Source: Candidatus Angelobacter sp.
GTDB taxonomy: Bacteria > Acidobacteriota > Terriglobia > Terriglobales > Acidobacteriaceae
NCBI GenBank assembly: GCA_036258095.1
Contig: DATAEJ010000013.1
Location: forward strand, 20,554-84,553
Direction of reading: 5' to 3'
Length of the DNA stretch: 64,000 nucleotides
Of this stretch, positions 19,404-29,635 are shown piece by piece; the stretch's first letter is position 1, and the number at the start of each line of letters is the position of its first letter. Made by a program: the position numbers and the translations under genes. Below the pieces are notes generated by a model. It searched no databases. It was not told where the DNA came from and worked only from the letters and a program-made list of their open reading frames with translations.

Positions 19404-20564
19404 ATGCAGACGGCAGATGTTGTCATTGTCGGAGGCGGAATCGTTGGATCCAGCATTGCGTGGCATCTGGCCGAAGCCGGTTGCCGCAATGTGCTGGTGA
19501 TCGAGCGAGAGAGTTCACAGGGCAAAGGGTCGACTGGGAAAAGCATGGGTGGGGTGCGCGCCCAGTTTTCCACCCCAGTGAACATCCAGATGTCGCTTTA
19601 TTCAATTCCCTTCTACGCGGAATTCGATGAGCGGCTCGGGCATCCCGGCGGCTACCGGCCGCAGGGGTACCTGTTTCTCGCCACTAAACCGGCACACCTT
19701 GAATACCTGGGCGTCAATATGATCAGGCAGCAGGCGCTCGGGCTGAAAACCGTTTGCAGTATGGAGCCGGAAGAAATCAGAAGCATGCTCCCCCAGTTGC
19801 GTACGGACGACGTCCTTGGAGGAAACTTCTGTTCGACGGATGGCTTTGTTGACCCCTACAGCGCGATGAACGGCTTCATGGCCAGTGCGGTCGAAAAGGG
19901 CGTTACGCTCTGGAAAAAGACCGAAGTTACTGGCGTGAACAGGGACTCTCAAGGGGTTTGCGGTGTGGAGACGTCCAAAGGGCCGGTGGTGACCCGCGTT
20001 TTGGTTAACGCGGCGGGGGCGTGGGCTGCAGGCGTGGCTAAAATGGCTGGGGTCGATCTTCCGGTCGAGCCCCTCAGGCGCATGCTGGTTCCTTCAGAGC
20101 CCTTTGACGGTTTTCCCCACAGCTCCCCAATGGTTATCGACATGTCCAACGGCTTTCATTTCCGGCCGGAAAGCCGGGGGTTTCTGCTTGCCTGGAACGA
20201 CCCTGAGGAGACTCCCGGGTTCAAAGACGGCTTTGAACCAGCCTTTATCGAAAAAATTCTGGTTCTCGCCGCTGATCGTGTGCCGGATTTCGAGAATCTG
20301 GCCATAAATCCAAAACGGGCCTGGGCTGGACTTTACGAAATGTCACCTGACCACCATGCAATACTGGGTGCCGTGCCCGAAGTCCCCGGATTTTTCCTCG
20401 CGAACGGCTTCAGCGGCCATGGAGTCATGCACGCTCCGTCGACAGGTAAAATATTGAGTGACTTGATCTTAGGGGGGAGAACCGACGTCGTGGATGACGT
20501 CTCAGTACTGGCTTTGGCCCGTTTCGCCAAAGGCGCCCTCATCCACGAAACAGCCCTGCTTTGA
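19404..20564 (+). CDS. FAD-dependent oxidoreductase (DAO / sarcosine-oxidase-beta-like)
   Basis: Dinucleotide-binding VVIVGGGIVGSSIAWHLAEAG and a C-terminal GFSGHGVMHAP motif. Confidence 0.85.
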   Translation: MQTADVVIVGGGIVGSSIAWHLAEAGCRNVLVIERESSQGKGSTGKSMGGVRAQFSTPVNIQMSLYSIPFYAEFDERLGHPGGYRPQGYLFLATKPAHLEYLGVNMIRQQALGLKTVCSMEPEEIRSMLPQLRTDDVLGGNFCSTDGFVDPYSAMNGFMASAVEKGVTLWKKTEVTGVNRDSQGVCGVETSKGPVVTRVLVNAAGAWAAGVAKMAGVDLPVEPLRRMLVPSEPFDGFPHSSPMVIDMSNGFHFRPESRGFLLAWNDPEETPGFKDGFEPAFIEKILVLAADRVPDFENLAINPKRAWAGLYEMSPDHHAILGAVPEVPGFFLANGFSGHGVMHAPSTGKILSDLILGGRTDVVDDVSVLALARFAKGALIHETALL

Positions 20565-20590
20565 GTGCTCTCAGATTTTTTCTCGCCGCC

Positions 20591-20694
20591 CTATATTTTT
20601 CGGCGGAGTGGCCGCTCTACTGCTACAGAAGCAGGCTCATCCGTCGACTGCTATTAAAGGCCAGAGACCCGGAAGCTCTGGCCTTTAACTATTT
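20591..20694 (+). repeat. tandem structured element copy 1 (candidate small RNA gene): TATATTT box, variable segment, 81-nt conserved core with hairpin
   Basis: Core at 20614..20694. 13-bp hairpin at 20653..20665 / 20675..20687. See the first finding. Confidence 0.8.
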
Positions 20695-20744
20695 CCAAAG
20701 CTTTTCTCCTTCGAGAATCTCATCCTTAGAAAATCTTAACGAGG

Positions 20745-20848
20745 CTATATTTTCCCGTGAGTCAGGCGCTCTACTGCTATAGAAGCAGGCTCATCCGTCG
20801 ACTGCTATTGAGGGCCAGAGACCCGGAAGCTCTGGCCCTTAACAATTT
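20745..20848 (+). repeat. tandem structured element copy 2
   Basis: Core at 20768..20848, with 6/81 mismatches to copy 1 by manual alignment. One mismatch pair is compensatory in the hairpin stem (20811 G with 20837 C). Confidence 0.8.
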
Positions 20849-20900
20849 TCTGGCGCCTTTTCGTCCCACAGTCGCAAATCCCGAAAAATCTAACGGTGAG

Positions 20901-21004
20901 GTATATTTCCAGACCCGGTCACCACTCTACTGGTATAGAAGCAGGCTCATCCGTCGACTGCTATTGAAGGCCAGAGACCCGGAAGCTCTGGCCTTTAACT
21001 ATTT
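20901..21004 (+). repeat. tandem structured element copy 3
   Basis: Core at 20924..21004, with 3/81 mismatches to copy 1 by manual alignment. Same TATATTT box 23 nt upstream. Confidence 0.8.
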
Positions 21005-21191
21005 CTGGCATTCCTCACAGCTTCGAATCGACCAGAAATTTTTTTGAATTCTCCTGAAACGGTTCCGCCAGTGCGTTCACTTATAGACAGGATGAACGGA
21101 GAAGTACCTGTGGCCGGCGGCGATTGCCAAGGGGGTGTAGCCGCCGGCCCGGCACTCTAAGTTCATATCTCCTTTGCCTCTTCAGTGATAC

Positions 21192-21230
21192 CGGGCGCGA
21201 GAGCACGCCATCTCGCGCCCTCTGCCTTTT
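21192..21230 (+). terminator. terminator-like hairpin in the tkt upstream region
   Basis: 10-bp stem GGGCGCGAGA / TCTCGCGCCC with an 8-nt loop, followed by TCTGCCTTTTT. Confidence 0.4.
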
Positions 21231-21483
21231 TGTCACAAGTATCTGCGTGGCTGGCAACGCGAGCGAGTCATCGTCCACAGAAACTCGAATTCAGGTTTGC
21301 TCAACAGTTCGGAAGTCAGCAGGCAGGCGATGCAAAACATTGCAGAGATGAAACCTGCACAAGATCGCTGCATCTGTTATGGTGAGGCCTTCGCCAAGAA
21401 CCTTGGTTGTGATGTAGGCTAGTTCTCAGGGACAGCCGCTGTCCTGACTGTCCACTCCCCCTGACAGGAGCGCCAAATACTCA

Positions 21484-23589
21484 ATGGCGGTTTCGCTTTC
21501 AGTACCGCAAGTGGCAGCCCAGACCAAGGACATCAAGCAAGCGGGCGGCATCGATCAGCTCACAATCAACACCATCCGCACGCTTTCGATGGATGCGGTG
21601 CAGCAAGCAAATTCCGGCCACCCGGGGACTCCCATGGCATTGGCGCCACTGGCGTATTGTCTGTGGCAGCGATTTTTACGGTACGACCCGGCGGATCCGG
21701 TTTGGCCGAATCGTGACCGCTTCGTCCTCTCCAACGGGCATGCTTCCATGCTGCTCTACTCGCTCCTGCACCTGACTGGCGTAAGGTCCGTCGATCATGA
21801 CGACCACGTGCAGGCCGAGCCCGCAATCACCCTGGACGAAATCAAGCGTTTTCGTCAAATTGACAGCCGCACCCCCGGCCATCCCGAATACCGACTTGTC
21901 CCAGGCGTTGAGACCACCACGGGGCCACTGGGGCAGGGCGTGGCAAACAGCGTCGGCATGGCCATTGCCGAGCGCTGGAAAGCAGAGTTCTTCAATCGTC
22001 CGGGATACCCGATCTTCGATCACAACGTTTACGCGATCTGCGGTGACGGCGACATGATGGAGGGAGTCTCCGGGGAAGCCGCATCGCTCGCCGGCCATCT
22101 CAAACTCTCAAACCTGTGCTGGCTGTATGACAACAACCACATCACAATCGAAGGTAAGACTTCACTTGCGTTCAGTGAAGATGTGGCCGCGCGTTTCATG
22201 GGCTACGGCTGGAACGTCACCCGCGTCGGCGACGCAAACGATCTTGGCTTAATCTCACGCGCTATCGAATGCTTTCACAATACGCATGACAGGCCAACTT
22301 TCATCATCGTTGACAGCCACATCGGGTACGGTGCGCCCAACCGCCAGGACACCAAGGAAGCCCACGGTGAGCCTTTGGGTGAGGAAGAAGTGCGGCTGGC
22401 AAAGAAATTTTATGGCTGGCCGGAAGAAGCGAAATTCCTTGTCCCGGATGGAGTGCGAGAAAACTTCGCTGAAGGAATCGGCAAGCGCGGTCGCGAATTG
22501 CGGGAACAATGGCAACAGCTCTTCCATAGCTATCGTAAAGAATTCCCGGAAATGGCGTGCCAGTTTGAGCGTATGATGCATCGCGATTTGCCGGACGGCT
22601 GGGACAAGAACCTGCCCAGCTTCCCTGCCGACGCAAAAGGCATCGCTACCCGTGAGTCTTCAGGCAAAGTCGAGAATGCCATTGCAAAGAACGTCCCGTG
22701 GCTGCTGGGCGGGGCGGCGGATCTGGCGCCCTCCACAAAAACGCTTCTCACTTTTGAAGGCGCGGGCAATTTCGAGGCCGACAGCTATGGCGGACGCAAC
22801 TTCCATTTTGGGATCCGCGAGCACGCGATGTGCTCCATTCTGAATGGCATGGCTCTGAGCAAACTGCGCCCGTATGGCGCCGGGTTTCTGATCTTCAGCG
22901 ACTACTCGCGGCCGCCCATGCGCCTGGCGGCGATCATGGAAATCCCGGTCATCTACATTTTTACCCATGACTCAATTGGCGTTGGCGAAGACGGCCCGAC
23001 TCATCAGCCGATCGAGCAGATCGCAGGCCTTCGCTCAGTCCCGGGATTCACTCTGATCCGCCCTTGCGACGCCAATGAAGTCATTGAAGCCTGGAAGGTC
23101 ATTATGCGGTTCCGCGAACGGCCGGCAGCATTGATCCTGACACGCCAGGCGGTTCCAACGCTGGACCGGACGAAATACGCGGCCGCATCGGGCGTGGCAA
23201 AAGGTGCTTACGTATTGGCTGATCCACCGCAGGGGCCGCCGGAACTGATCCTGATCGGTACAGGCAGTGAAGTTTCTTTATGCACTTCAACCTACGAGCA
23301 GCTGACCGCGGAAGGTAAGAAGGTCCGAGTGGTCAGCATGCCGTCCTGGGACCTCTTCGAAAAGCAGTCGAGGGAATACCGCGACAGCGTATTGCCGCCG
23401 CAAATCACGAAACGTATTTCAGTGGAACAAGCTTCAACCATGGGCTGGTCGCAATATGTGGGCTCCGCCGGCAAAACTATCGGTATGACAACCTACGGCG
23501 CATCGGCGCCGCTGAAGGACGTGCTCAAAAAATTTGGTTTTACACCGGATGCGGTTTTGGCGGCCGCACGGGAGATGCTCAACAAATAG
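21484..23589 (+). CDS. tkt: transketolase
   Basis: SGHPGTPMA, the TPP motif GDGDMMEG, and [15 protein letters not shown]. 701 aa. Confidence 0.96.
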   Translation: MAVSLSVPQVAAQTKDIKQAGGIDQLTINTIRTLSMDAVQQANSGHPGTPMALAPLAYCLWQRFLRYDPADPVWPNRDRFVLSNGHASMLLYSLLHLTGVRSVDHDDHVQAEPAITLDEIKRFRQIDSRTPGHPEYRLVPGVETTTGPLGQGVANSVGMAIAERWKAEFFNRPGYPIFDHNVYAICGDGDMMEGVSGEAASLAGHLKLSNLCWLYDNNHITIEGKTSLAFSEDVAARFMGYGWNVTRVGDANDLGLISRAIECFHNTHDRPTFIIVDSHIGYGAPNRQDTKEAHGEPLGEEEVRLAKKFYGWPEEAKFLVPDGVRENFAEGIGKRGRELREQWQQLFHSYRKEFPEMACQFERMMHRDLPDGWDKNLPSFPADAKGIATRESSGKVENAIAKNVPWLLGGAADLAPSTKTLLTFEGAGNFEADSYGGRNFHFGIREHAMCSILNGMALSKLRPYGAGFLIFSDYSRPPMRLAAIMEIPVIYIFTHDSIGVGEDGPTHQPIEQIAGLRSVPGFTLIRPCDANEVIEAWKVIMRFRERPAALILTRQAVPTLDRTKYAAASGVAKGAYVLADPPQGPPELILIGTGSEVSLCTSTYEQLTAEGKKVRVVSMPSWDLFEKQSREYRDSVLPPQITKRISVEQASTMGWSQYVGSAGKTIGMTTYGASAPLKDVLKKFGFTPDAVLAAAREMLNK

Positions 23590-23591
23590 CT

Positions 23592-24068
23592 ATGCGCGTC
23601 ACCATCGGCTCGGATCATGCCGGTTTCGAATTGAAGAAGGTGCTCACCGATTATCTTCGCCAAAGTGGGCACCAGATCACTGATGTTGGAACCAATAGCA
23701 CCATGCCGGTGGATTACCCCGATTATGCAGAAGCTGTGGCCTTGAGCGTTCTGCGCGGCGTTTCTGAACGGGGCATTCTGATTTGCGGAAGTGGAGTGGG
23801 AGCATCGGTAGCGGCGAACAAGATTCCCGGGATCCGCGCGGGGCTCTGCCACGACGGCTATTCCGCCCATCAGGGCGTGGAACATGACAATGTGAATCTG
23901 TTAGTCCTCGGAGCCCGCGTGATTGGCGTGGAGCTCGCGAAAGATCTTTGCACGGCATTCCTTAACGCCCAGTTCACGCACGAAGAGCGCCACGAGCGCC
24001 GCCTGGGGAAGATCCACAGCATCGAAGAGCGTTATGCAATGCAACCTGCTGCCAAGGAGAAATCATGA
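23592..24068 (+). CDS. rpiB: ribose 5-phosphate isomerase B
   Basis: MRVTIGSDHAGFELK and CGSGVGASVAANK (RpiB/LacAB family). Confidence 0.93.
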   Translation: MRVTIGSDHAGFELKKVLTDYLRQSGHQITDVGTNSTMPVDYPDYAEAVALSVLRGVSERGILICGSGVGASVAANKIPGIRAGLCHDGYSAHQGVEHDNVNLLVLGARVIGVELAKDLCTAFLNAQFTHEERHERRLGKIHSIEERYAMQPAAKEKS

Positions 24069-26974
24069 ATCCCGTATCCACCTTCGAAAAGCAGAGTGAA
24101 ACTCGAACCGCAACACACAACCCTCTGCTCGCGCTGCAGCAGCTTGGACAATCGATCTGGCTCGACTACATCCGCCGTAACCTGATTACCGGTGGAGAAC
24201 TGAAGCGATTGATTGACGAGGACGGCCTGCGCGGGATTACCTCGAATCCCTCCATATTCGAAAAGGCCATCGCCGGCAGCACAGACTACGCTGACATTCT
24301 TGAGCAGCTTCAGGCGCAGAACCTGAGTGCCGGCGAAATCTTCGAACGGATTGCGATCCGTGATATCCAGGATGCCGCCGATATGCTGCGGCCGGTTTAT
24401 GACGCCACCAAAATGGGCGATGGTTATGTGAGTCTTGAGGTCTCGCCTACTTTGGCGCGCCATACAAACGGAACTGTTGAAGAAGCGCGCCGGCTCTGGA
24501 AGGCTGTAGGCCGGCCGAATGTGATGATCAAGGTTCCGGGTACGCCTGAGGGCGTGCCTGCCGTGCGTCAATTGACCAGCGAAGGCATCAATATCAACAT
24601 CACGCTGCTCTTTGCTCAGGAAGCGTACGAGGCAGTTGCGGAGGCCTATACCGCAGGGTTGGAAGACAGGGTAAAGCAGGGCAAGGACATCAGCCGTCTC
24701 GCTAGTGTCGCCAGCTTCTTCGTAAGCCGCATCGACACCCTCGCCGATAGCACCATTCAGAACAAACTGAAAACGGAGACCGATCCGCAGAAAAAAGAGC
24801 TGCTCAATTCCCTGCTCGGAAAAGTGGCGATCGCAAATGCGAAGCAAGCCTACCGTACGTACCAAAAACTGATTGCTGAGAACCGGTGGAAGGCTCTTGC
24901 CGTAAAAGGGGCCACAACACAGCGTCTGCTATGGGCGAGCACGAGCACCAAGAATCCAGCCTATCGCGATGTGCTGTATGTCGAAGAGCTCATTGGCCCG
25001 GACACTGTAAACACCATTCCTCCCGCCACACTCGATGCTTTCCGTGATCACGGAAAGGTCAAGCGCACCATAGACTCTGATCTGCCCGCGGCGGACAAGG
25101 TGATGAGTGACCTGGAGCGGGCTGGGATATCGATGAAGCAGGTAACCGACCACCTGTTAGAGGACGCAATAAAGCTGTTTGACGACGCCTTCCAGAAGCT
25201 GCTCACGGCAGTGGAGCAAAAAAAAAAGCAATCAGATAAATCAAAGCCCCGCGCCGGAGCCCAAACGTTAGACCTGCCGCCAGAATTGAAGCAAGCAGTC
25301 AATGCGACCCTTCAGGACTGGGCCAAGAACGATAAAGTCAAACGGCTTTGGCAGGGCGATGCGTCCCTCTGGACCGGCACGGACGAGCAGAAGTGGCTCG
25401 GATGGCTTCATGTGGCTGAAGATGAGGCCCATGACGTTCCGCAGTTGCTGGACATCGCGCAAACTGCAAAGCAGGAAGGATACACACATGCCCTGCTGCT
25501 AGGCATGGGCGGCTCGAGCCTTTGCCCTGAAGTACTCTCCGTCACTTTTGGAAAGCAACCCGGCTCGCCTGAACTTCACATTCTCGATTCAACCGATCCG
25601 GCTCAGGTCAAGGCAGTTGAAGAAAGTATCGATCCAGCGAAAACTCTCTTCATTGTTGCCAGCAAGTCTGGCAGCACACTGGAGCCGAACATCTTTAAGC
25701 AGTATTTCTTCTCTGTTTCCGAGAGGGCTTTAGGTAAAGGTAAAGCCGGCAAGAACTTTCTGGCCATTACGGATCCGGGTTCGAAGATGCAGCAGGTCGC
25801 CGAAACGGATGGATTCCGTCAGATTTTCTTCGGCGTCCCGAGCATCGGCGGCCGCTACTCGGCGCTTTCGAACTTTGGTCTTGTCCCTGCAGCAGTCATG
25901 GGCCTGGATGTATCTCGTTTTCTTGAGAGCACCGAGCAGATGGTCCACGCCTGCGCGGCTACCGTCCCTGCTGCGGAAAATCCGGGCGTCATTCTTGGTG
26001 CAGTTCTCGGAACCGCGGCCACCCTGGGACGCAATAAAGTCACGATCATCACTTCACCGAAACTCTACGACGTCGGAGCCTGGCTGGAGCAGCTATTGGC
26101 GGAAAGCACGGGCAAGCAGGGTAAGGGACTTATTCCTGTCGATTGCGAAAAGCTCGGAGTTCCACAACTCTACGGCGGCGACCGGGTGTTCGCCTACTTA
26201 CGCCTTTCTGGAGACAGTAACAATGACCGGCAGGCCAAAGTTGATGCGCTGAAGAAGGCAGGCCAGCCAGTGGTCACGATCGACGTCGCTGATGTCTACG
26301 ACCTTGGCCAGGAATTCTTCCGCTGGGAGATTGCGACTGCCGTTGCCGGATCGATTCTTCACATCAATTCGTTCGATCAGCCTGATGTTGAGGCCAGCAA
26401 AGTGGTAACCCGGCAGCTTACGAGCGAGTACGAGAAAACCGGCAGATTACCTTCAGAAACCCCGATTGCCGAACAGGGCGGGATCAAGCTATTTACGGAC
26501 GATCGAAACGCGGAAAATCTGAAAAAACTTGCAGGCGGAAAAACCGATCTTACAAGTCTGCTGAGAGCACATCTCGGGCAACTGAGCGCCGGCGATTACT
26601 TTGCCCTGCTCGCTTACGTCCAGATGAATCCGGAACACGAACAGAGTCTGCAGGCGATACGCGATGAGGTCCTGCAGAAGAAGCGTGTTGCCACCTGTTT
26701 GGGTTTCGGGCCCAGATTTCTGCATTCAACCGGGCAAGCCTACAAGGGTGGCCCAAACACCGGTGTGTTTCTGCAAATCACCTGCGACGACGCCATTGAA
26801 CTGCCCGTGCCCGGCCAGAAATATACGTTCGGCGTAGTGAAGGCTGCACAAGCGCGGGGAGATTTCCAGGTACTGGCTGAGCGCGGGCGCCGGGCGCTGC
26901 GTGTGCACCTGCCGAAGGATGTGACAGAGGCACTCGACAAGCTTGGGCAACTTGTAAGCCATGCTTTGAAGTAG
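24065..26974 (+). CDS. tal-pgi: bifunctional transaldolase / glucose-6-phosphate isomerase fusion
   Basis: The N-terminal ~370 aa are transaldolase-like (LGQSIWLDYIRR, GITSNPSIFEKAI, MIKVPGT). The C-terminal ~590 aa are PGI-like (GMGGSSLCPEV, VASKSGSTLEP, GGRYSALS). Confidence 0.9.
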   Translation: MNPVSTFEKQSETRTATHNPLLALQQLGQSIWLDYIRRNLITGGELKRLIDEDGLRGITSNPSIFEKAIAGSTDYADILEQLQAQNLSAGEIFERIAIRDIQDAADMLRPVYDATKMGDGYVSLEVSPTLARHTNGTVEEARRLWKAVGRPNVMIKVPGTPEGVPAVRQLTSEGININITLLFAQEAYEAVAEAYTAGLEDRVKQGKDISRLASVASFFVSRIDTLADSTIQNKLKTETDPQKKELLNSLLGKVAIANAKQAYRTYQKLIAENRWKALAVKGATTQRLLWASTSTKNPAYRDVLYVEELIGPDTVNTIPPATLDAFRDHGKVKRTIDSDLPAADKVMSDLERAGISMKQVTDHLLEDAIKLFDDAFQKLLTAVEQKKKQSDKSKPRAGAQTLDLPPELKQAVNATLQDWAKNDKVKRLWQGDASLWTGTDEQKWLGWLHVAEDEAHDVPQLLDIAQTAKQEGYTHALLLGMGGSSLCPEVLSVTFGKQPGSPELHILDSTDPAQVKAVEESIDPAKTLFIVASKSGSTLEPNIFKQYFFSVSERALGKGKAGKNFLAITDPGSKMQQVAETDGFRQIFFGVPSIGGRYSALSNFGLVPAAVMGLDVSRFLESTEQMVHACAATVPAAENPGVILGAVLGTAATLGRNKVTIITSPKLYDVGAWLEQLLAESTGKQGKGLIPVDCEKLGVPQLYGGDRVFAYLRLSGDSNNDRQAKVDALKKAGQPVVTIDVADVYDLGQEFFRWEIATAVAGSILHINSFDQPDVEASKVVTRQLTSEYEKTGRLPSETPIAEQGGIKLFTDDRNAENLKKLAGGKTDLTSLLRAHLGQLSAGDYFALLAYVQMNPEHEQSLQAIRDEVLQKKRVATCLGFGPRFLHSTGQAYKGGPNTGVFLQITCDDAIELPVPGQKYTFGVVKAAQARGDFQVLAERGRRALRVHLPKDVTEALDKLGQLVSHALK

Positions 26975-27072
26975 GCCGGCTTTGAATCCCAACCCGGTGG
27001 CACGGATCCAAACATGTTCGTGCAGTTCAGGGTCTAAAGTTTTTCTGCGAAATTTTTGGAAATGAGGAAGAC

Positions 27073-28068
27073 ATGCAATTAGGAATGATCGGACTTGGCC
27101 GGATGGGCGGAAACATGGTCCGCCGGCTGATTCGAGGCGGCCACGAATGCGTTGTTTCTGATCTCAGTCCCGAGACGGTAGCATCGTTTGCAAAAGAAGG
27201 CGCCACAGGCTCAACATCACTTGATGACTTTGCAGCCAGGTTAAAAAAGCCACGTGCTGCGTGGATCATGGTGCCGGCCGGCGACCCAACAGAGAAAACT
27301 GTGGACGCTTTAGCGCAGCGGTTCGAGGCGGGCGACACGATCATCGATGGCGGCAATTCGTATTTCAAAGATGATATCCGGCGCTCACAGAAGCTGAAAG
27401 GTCGAGGAATCCATTATGTTGACGTCGGAACCAGTGGCGGCGTTTGGGGTCTTGAACGTGGCTATTGCATGATGCTCGGCGGTCCCCAGGAAGCTGTCGA
27501 GCGCCTCGATCCCATATTCCACACGCTTGCGCCCGGCATGGGCGACATTCCACGCACTATCGGCCGCGAGAAGCTTGGTGGCACATCAGAACTTGGTTAT
27601 CTGTACTGCGGGCCATCGGGCGCCGGGCACTTCGTAAAGATGGTGCATAACGGAATTGAGTACGGATTGATGCAGGCCTATGCCGAAGGCTTTGACATCT
27701 TTCGCAATGCATCGTCAGAACAGCTCCCAGCCGAGCAGCGATACCAGTTGAATCTGGCGGATATTGCCGAGGTCTGGCGGCGCGGCAGCGTCGTTTCGTC
27801 CTGGCTGCTTGATCTCACCGCGATGGCCCTGGCAGAAAATCCCACTCTCTCTGAGTACACCGGCTTTGTACAGGACTCAGGAGAAGGCCGCTGGACCATC
27901 ATGGCAGCAATTGACGAAGCTGTACCGGCTGACGTCCTTTCAGCCGCTCTTTACACACGTTTCCGCTCCCGCCAGGACCACACATTCGCTGAAAAGATGT
28001 TGAGCGCCATGCGCCAGAAGTTTGGCGGTCATATCGAACAGAACAACAAGAAACAAGCCGGCTCCTAA
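27073..28068 (+). CDS. gnd: decarboxylating 6-phosphogluconate dehydrogenase (short Gnd/YqeC type)
   Basis: [19 protein letters not shown] Rossmann motif, [30 protein letters not shown] upstream. Confidence 0.92.
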   Translation: MQLGMIGLGRMGGNMVRRLIRGGHECVVSDLSPETVASFAKEGATGSTSLDDFAARLKKPRAAWIMVPAGDPTEKTVDALAQRFEAGDTIIDGGNSYFKDDIRRSQKLKGRGIHYVDVGTSGGVWGLERGYCMMLGGPQEAVERLDPIFHTLAPGMGDIPRTIGREKLGGTSELGYLYCGPSGAGHFVKMVHNGIEYGLMQAYAEGFDIFRNASSEQLPAEQRYQLNLADIAEVWRRGSVVSSWLLDLTAMALAENPTLSEYTGFVQDSGEGRWTIMAAIDEAVPADVLSAALYTRFRSRQDHTFAEKMLSAMRQKFGGHIEQNNKKQAGS

Positions 28069-28084
28069 TCGCGGAGGAGAACTG

Positions 28085-29635
28085 ATGCCACAGCTTGAAA
28101 GAGAACTGCCCACACTAGAACGCACTCCCACCGGCACCCCGCGCCAGACCGGCCCCTGCGTCATGGTGATCTTTGGCGCTACCGGTGACCTCACGGCAAG
28201 AAAGCTCTTCCCTGCTCTATACAATCTTGCCAAGAGCAACTTGATTTCACGTGAATTCGCGATCGTGGGTATAGGTCGCAATGACTATTCCGTGGACCAG
28301 TTCCGGCAGCTTATGGGCCAGAAGTTGCAGAGCTTCGCTACCAGCAGCGTCGACAATGACCTTAAAGATTGGCTGCTGAGACGCGTTTACTACGTCGGAG
28401 GCGACTTCAACGATCCTGAACTTTATGCGCGCCTCGGCACCACCCTTACGCAAGTTGACCAGAACCATAACACTCACGGAAACTACTTTTTCTACCTGGC
28501 TACCAGCCCAACATTCTTTGGCGACATTGCCGAACGGCTCGGAGCGTCAGAACTGATCTGCGAAAAGGACGGCCACTGGCGTCGCATTGTTTTCGAAAAG
28601 CCTTTTGGTAATGACCTTGAATCGGCGAAAGCGCTGAATAAACAGGTAAGCAAGTTCCTGGCAGAGAACCAGATTTTCCGGATTGATCACTACCTGGGCA
28701 AGGAGACGGTCCAGAACATCCTGGTCTTCAGGTTCGCCAACGGCATTTTCGAACCGATCTGGAACCGGCGCTATGTTGACCACGTGCAGATCACGGTGGC
28801 CGAAACAGTTGGAGTGGAACAGCGCGGCGGTTATTTCGATGCCGCAGGCACATTGCGCGACATGGTTCCCAACCACCTTCTGCAACTGCTCTCGTTGACC
28901 ACCATGGAACCGCCGATTTCGTTCAGCTCTGATGCGGTGCATGACGAGCAATCCAAGCTTCTACATGCCATTCAATGCATGAGCGGCGAAGACGTGCTGC
29001 ACAATGCGGTCCGCGGACAATATGGCCCCGGTGAGACTGGCGGCGAGCGGGCCCCGGGCTACCGAGCTGAAGCCGGGGTGCCACCAGATTCCCGCACAGA
29101 AACATTCGTGGCTCTCAAGCTGTTGATCGACAACTGGCGCTGGGCAAGTGTTCCCTTCTACATCCGGACCGGGAAGCGTCTCTCAGCACGGCACACTGAG
29201 GTTGCCATCCAGTTCAGGCGTGCACCGCTCATCTTGTTCCGCGACACACCAGTAAGCAATCTAAAGCCGAATCAGTTAGTTATCCATATCGCCCCGGATG
29301 AAGGGATTTCCATGCGCTTTGGAGCGAAGATCCCGGGTGCCCAGATGAAGATAGGATCGGTGGAGATGGATTTTAACTACAACGACTATTTCGGCACGAA
29401 CCCGAACACCGGGTATGAAATCCTGCTCTATGACTGCATCATGGGCGACCACACGCTGTTCCAGCGGGCAGACATGGTGGAGGCCGGATGGGGGGTTGTA
29501 ACGCCGATCCTCGACGTATGGACAGCGCTCCCGCCCCGCGACTTCCCTAATTACCCTGCCGGGTCCTTTGGGCCGCCTGAAGCTGCGGACCTCATCGCCA
29601 GGGATGGACGCTCCTGGCGCAAGGTCGAGGAATGA
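28085..29635 (+). CDS. zwf: glucose-6-phosphate dehydrogenase
   Basis: [32 protein letters not shown] take the start at ATG 28085, just after the gnd stop. The track start at 28022 would overlap gnd. Confidence 0.95.
   Translation: MPQLERELPTLERTPTGTPRQTGPCVMVIFGATGDLTARKLFPALYNLAKSNLISREFAIVGIGRNDYSVDQFRQLMGQKLQSFATSSVDNDLKDWLLRRVYYVGGDFNDPELYARLGTTLTQVDQNHNTHGNYFFYLATSPTFFGDIAERLGASELICEKDGHWRRIVFEKPFGNDLESAKALNKQVSKFLAENQIFRIDHYLGKETVQNILVFRFANGIFEPIWNRRYVDHVQITVAETVGVEQRGGYFDAAGTLRDMVPNHLLQLLSLTTMEPPISFSSDAVHDEQSKLLHAIQCMSGEDVLHNAVRGQYGPGETGGERAPGYRAEAGVPPDSRTETFVALKLLIDNWRWASVPFYIRTGKRLSARHTEVAIQFRRAPLILFRDTPVSNLKPNQLVIHIAPDEGISMRFGAKIPGAQMKIGSVEMDFNYNDYFGTNPNTGYEILLYDCIMGDHTLFQRADMVEAGWGVVTPILDVWTALPPRDFPNYPAGSFGPPEAADLIARDGRSWRKVEE

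Noticed and set aside
20585-21010. Reading the regularly spaced repeats as a CRISPR array
   Set aside because: There are only three units. The conserved part is at least 81 nt (about 105 nt with the box), far longer than CRISPR repeats. No cas genes or leader are in the window.
20561-21047. Track ORFs 20561-20782 and 20757-21047, which encode the repeated peptide YCYRSRLIRRLLLKARDPEALAFNYF
   Set aside because: They are just the open + frame of the three DNA repeats. The copies share no start codon or SD. The first ORF begins on the stop codon of the upstream gene. The sequence changes between copies track the hairpin (compensatory pair) rather than codon positions.
21091-21159. 22-codon ORF (MNGEVPVAGGDCQGGVAAGPAL) in the tkt upstream gap, and a 37-codon ORF at 58255-58368
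   Set aside because: Neither has a properly spaced SD. Their sequences coincide with GC hairpins or are Arg-rich, so there is no support beyond being open.
21247-21262. Sigma-54-like TGGCAA...GCGAG upstream of tkt, and TGGCACGGATCC near 26998
   Set aside because: The -12 GC element is not at the required spacing from the -24 GG in either case.
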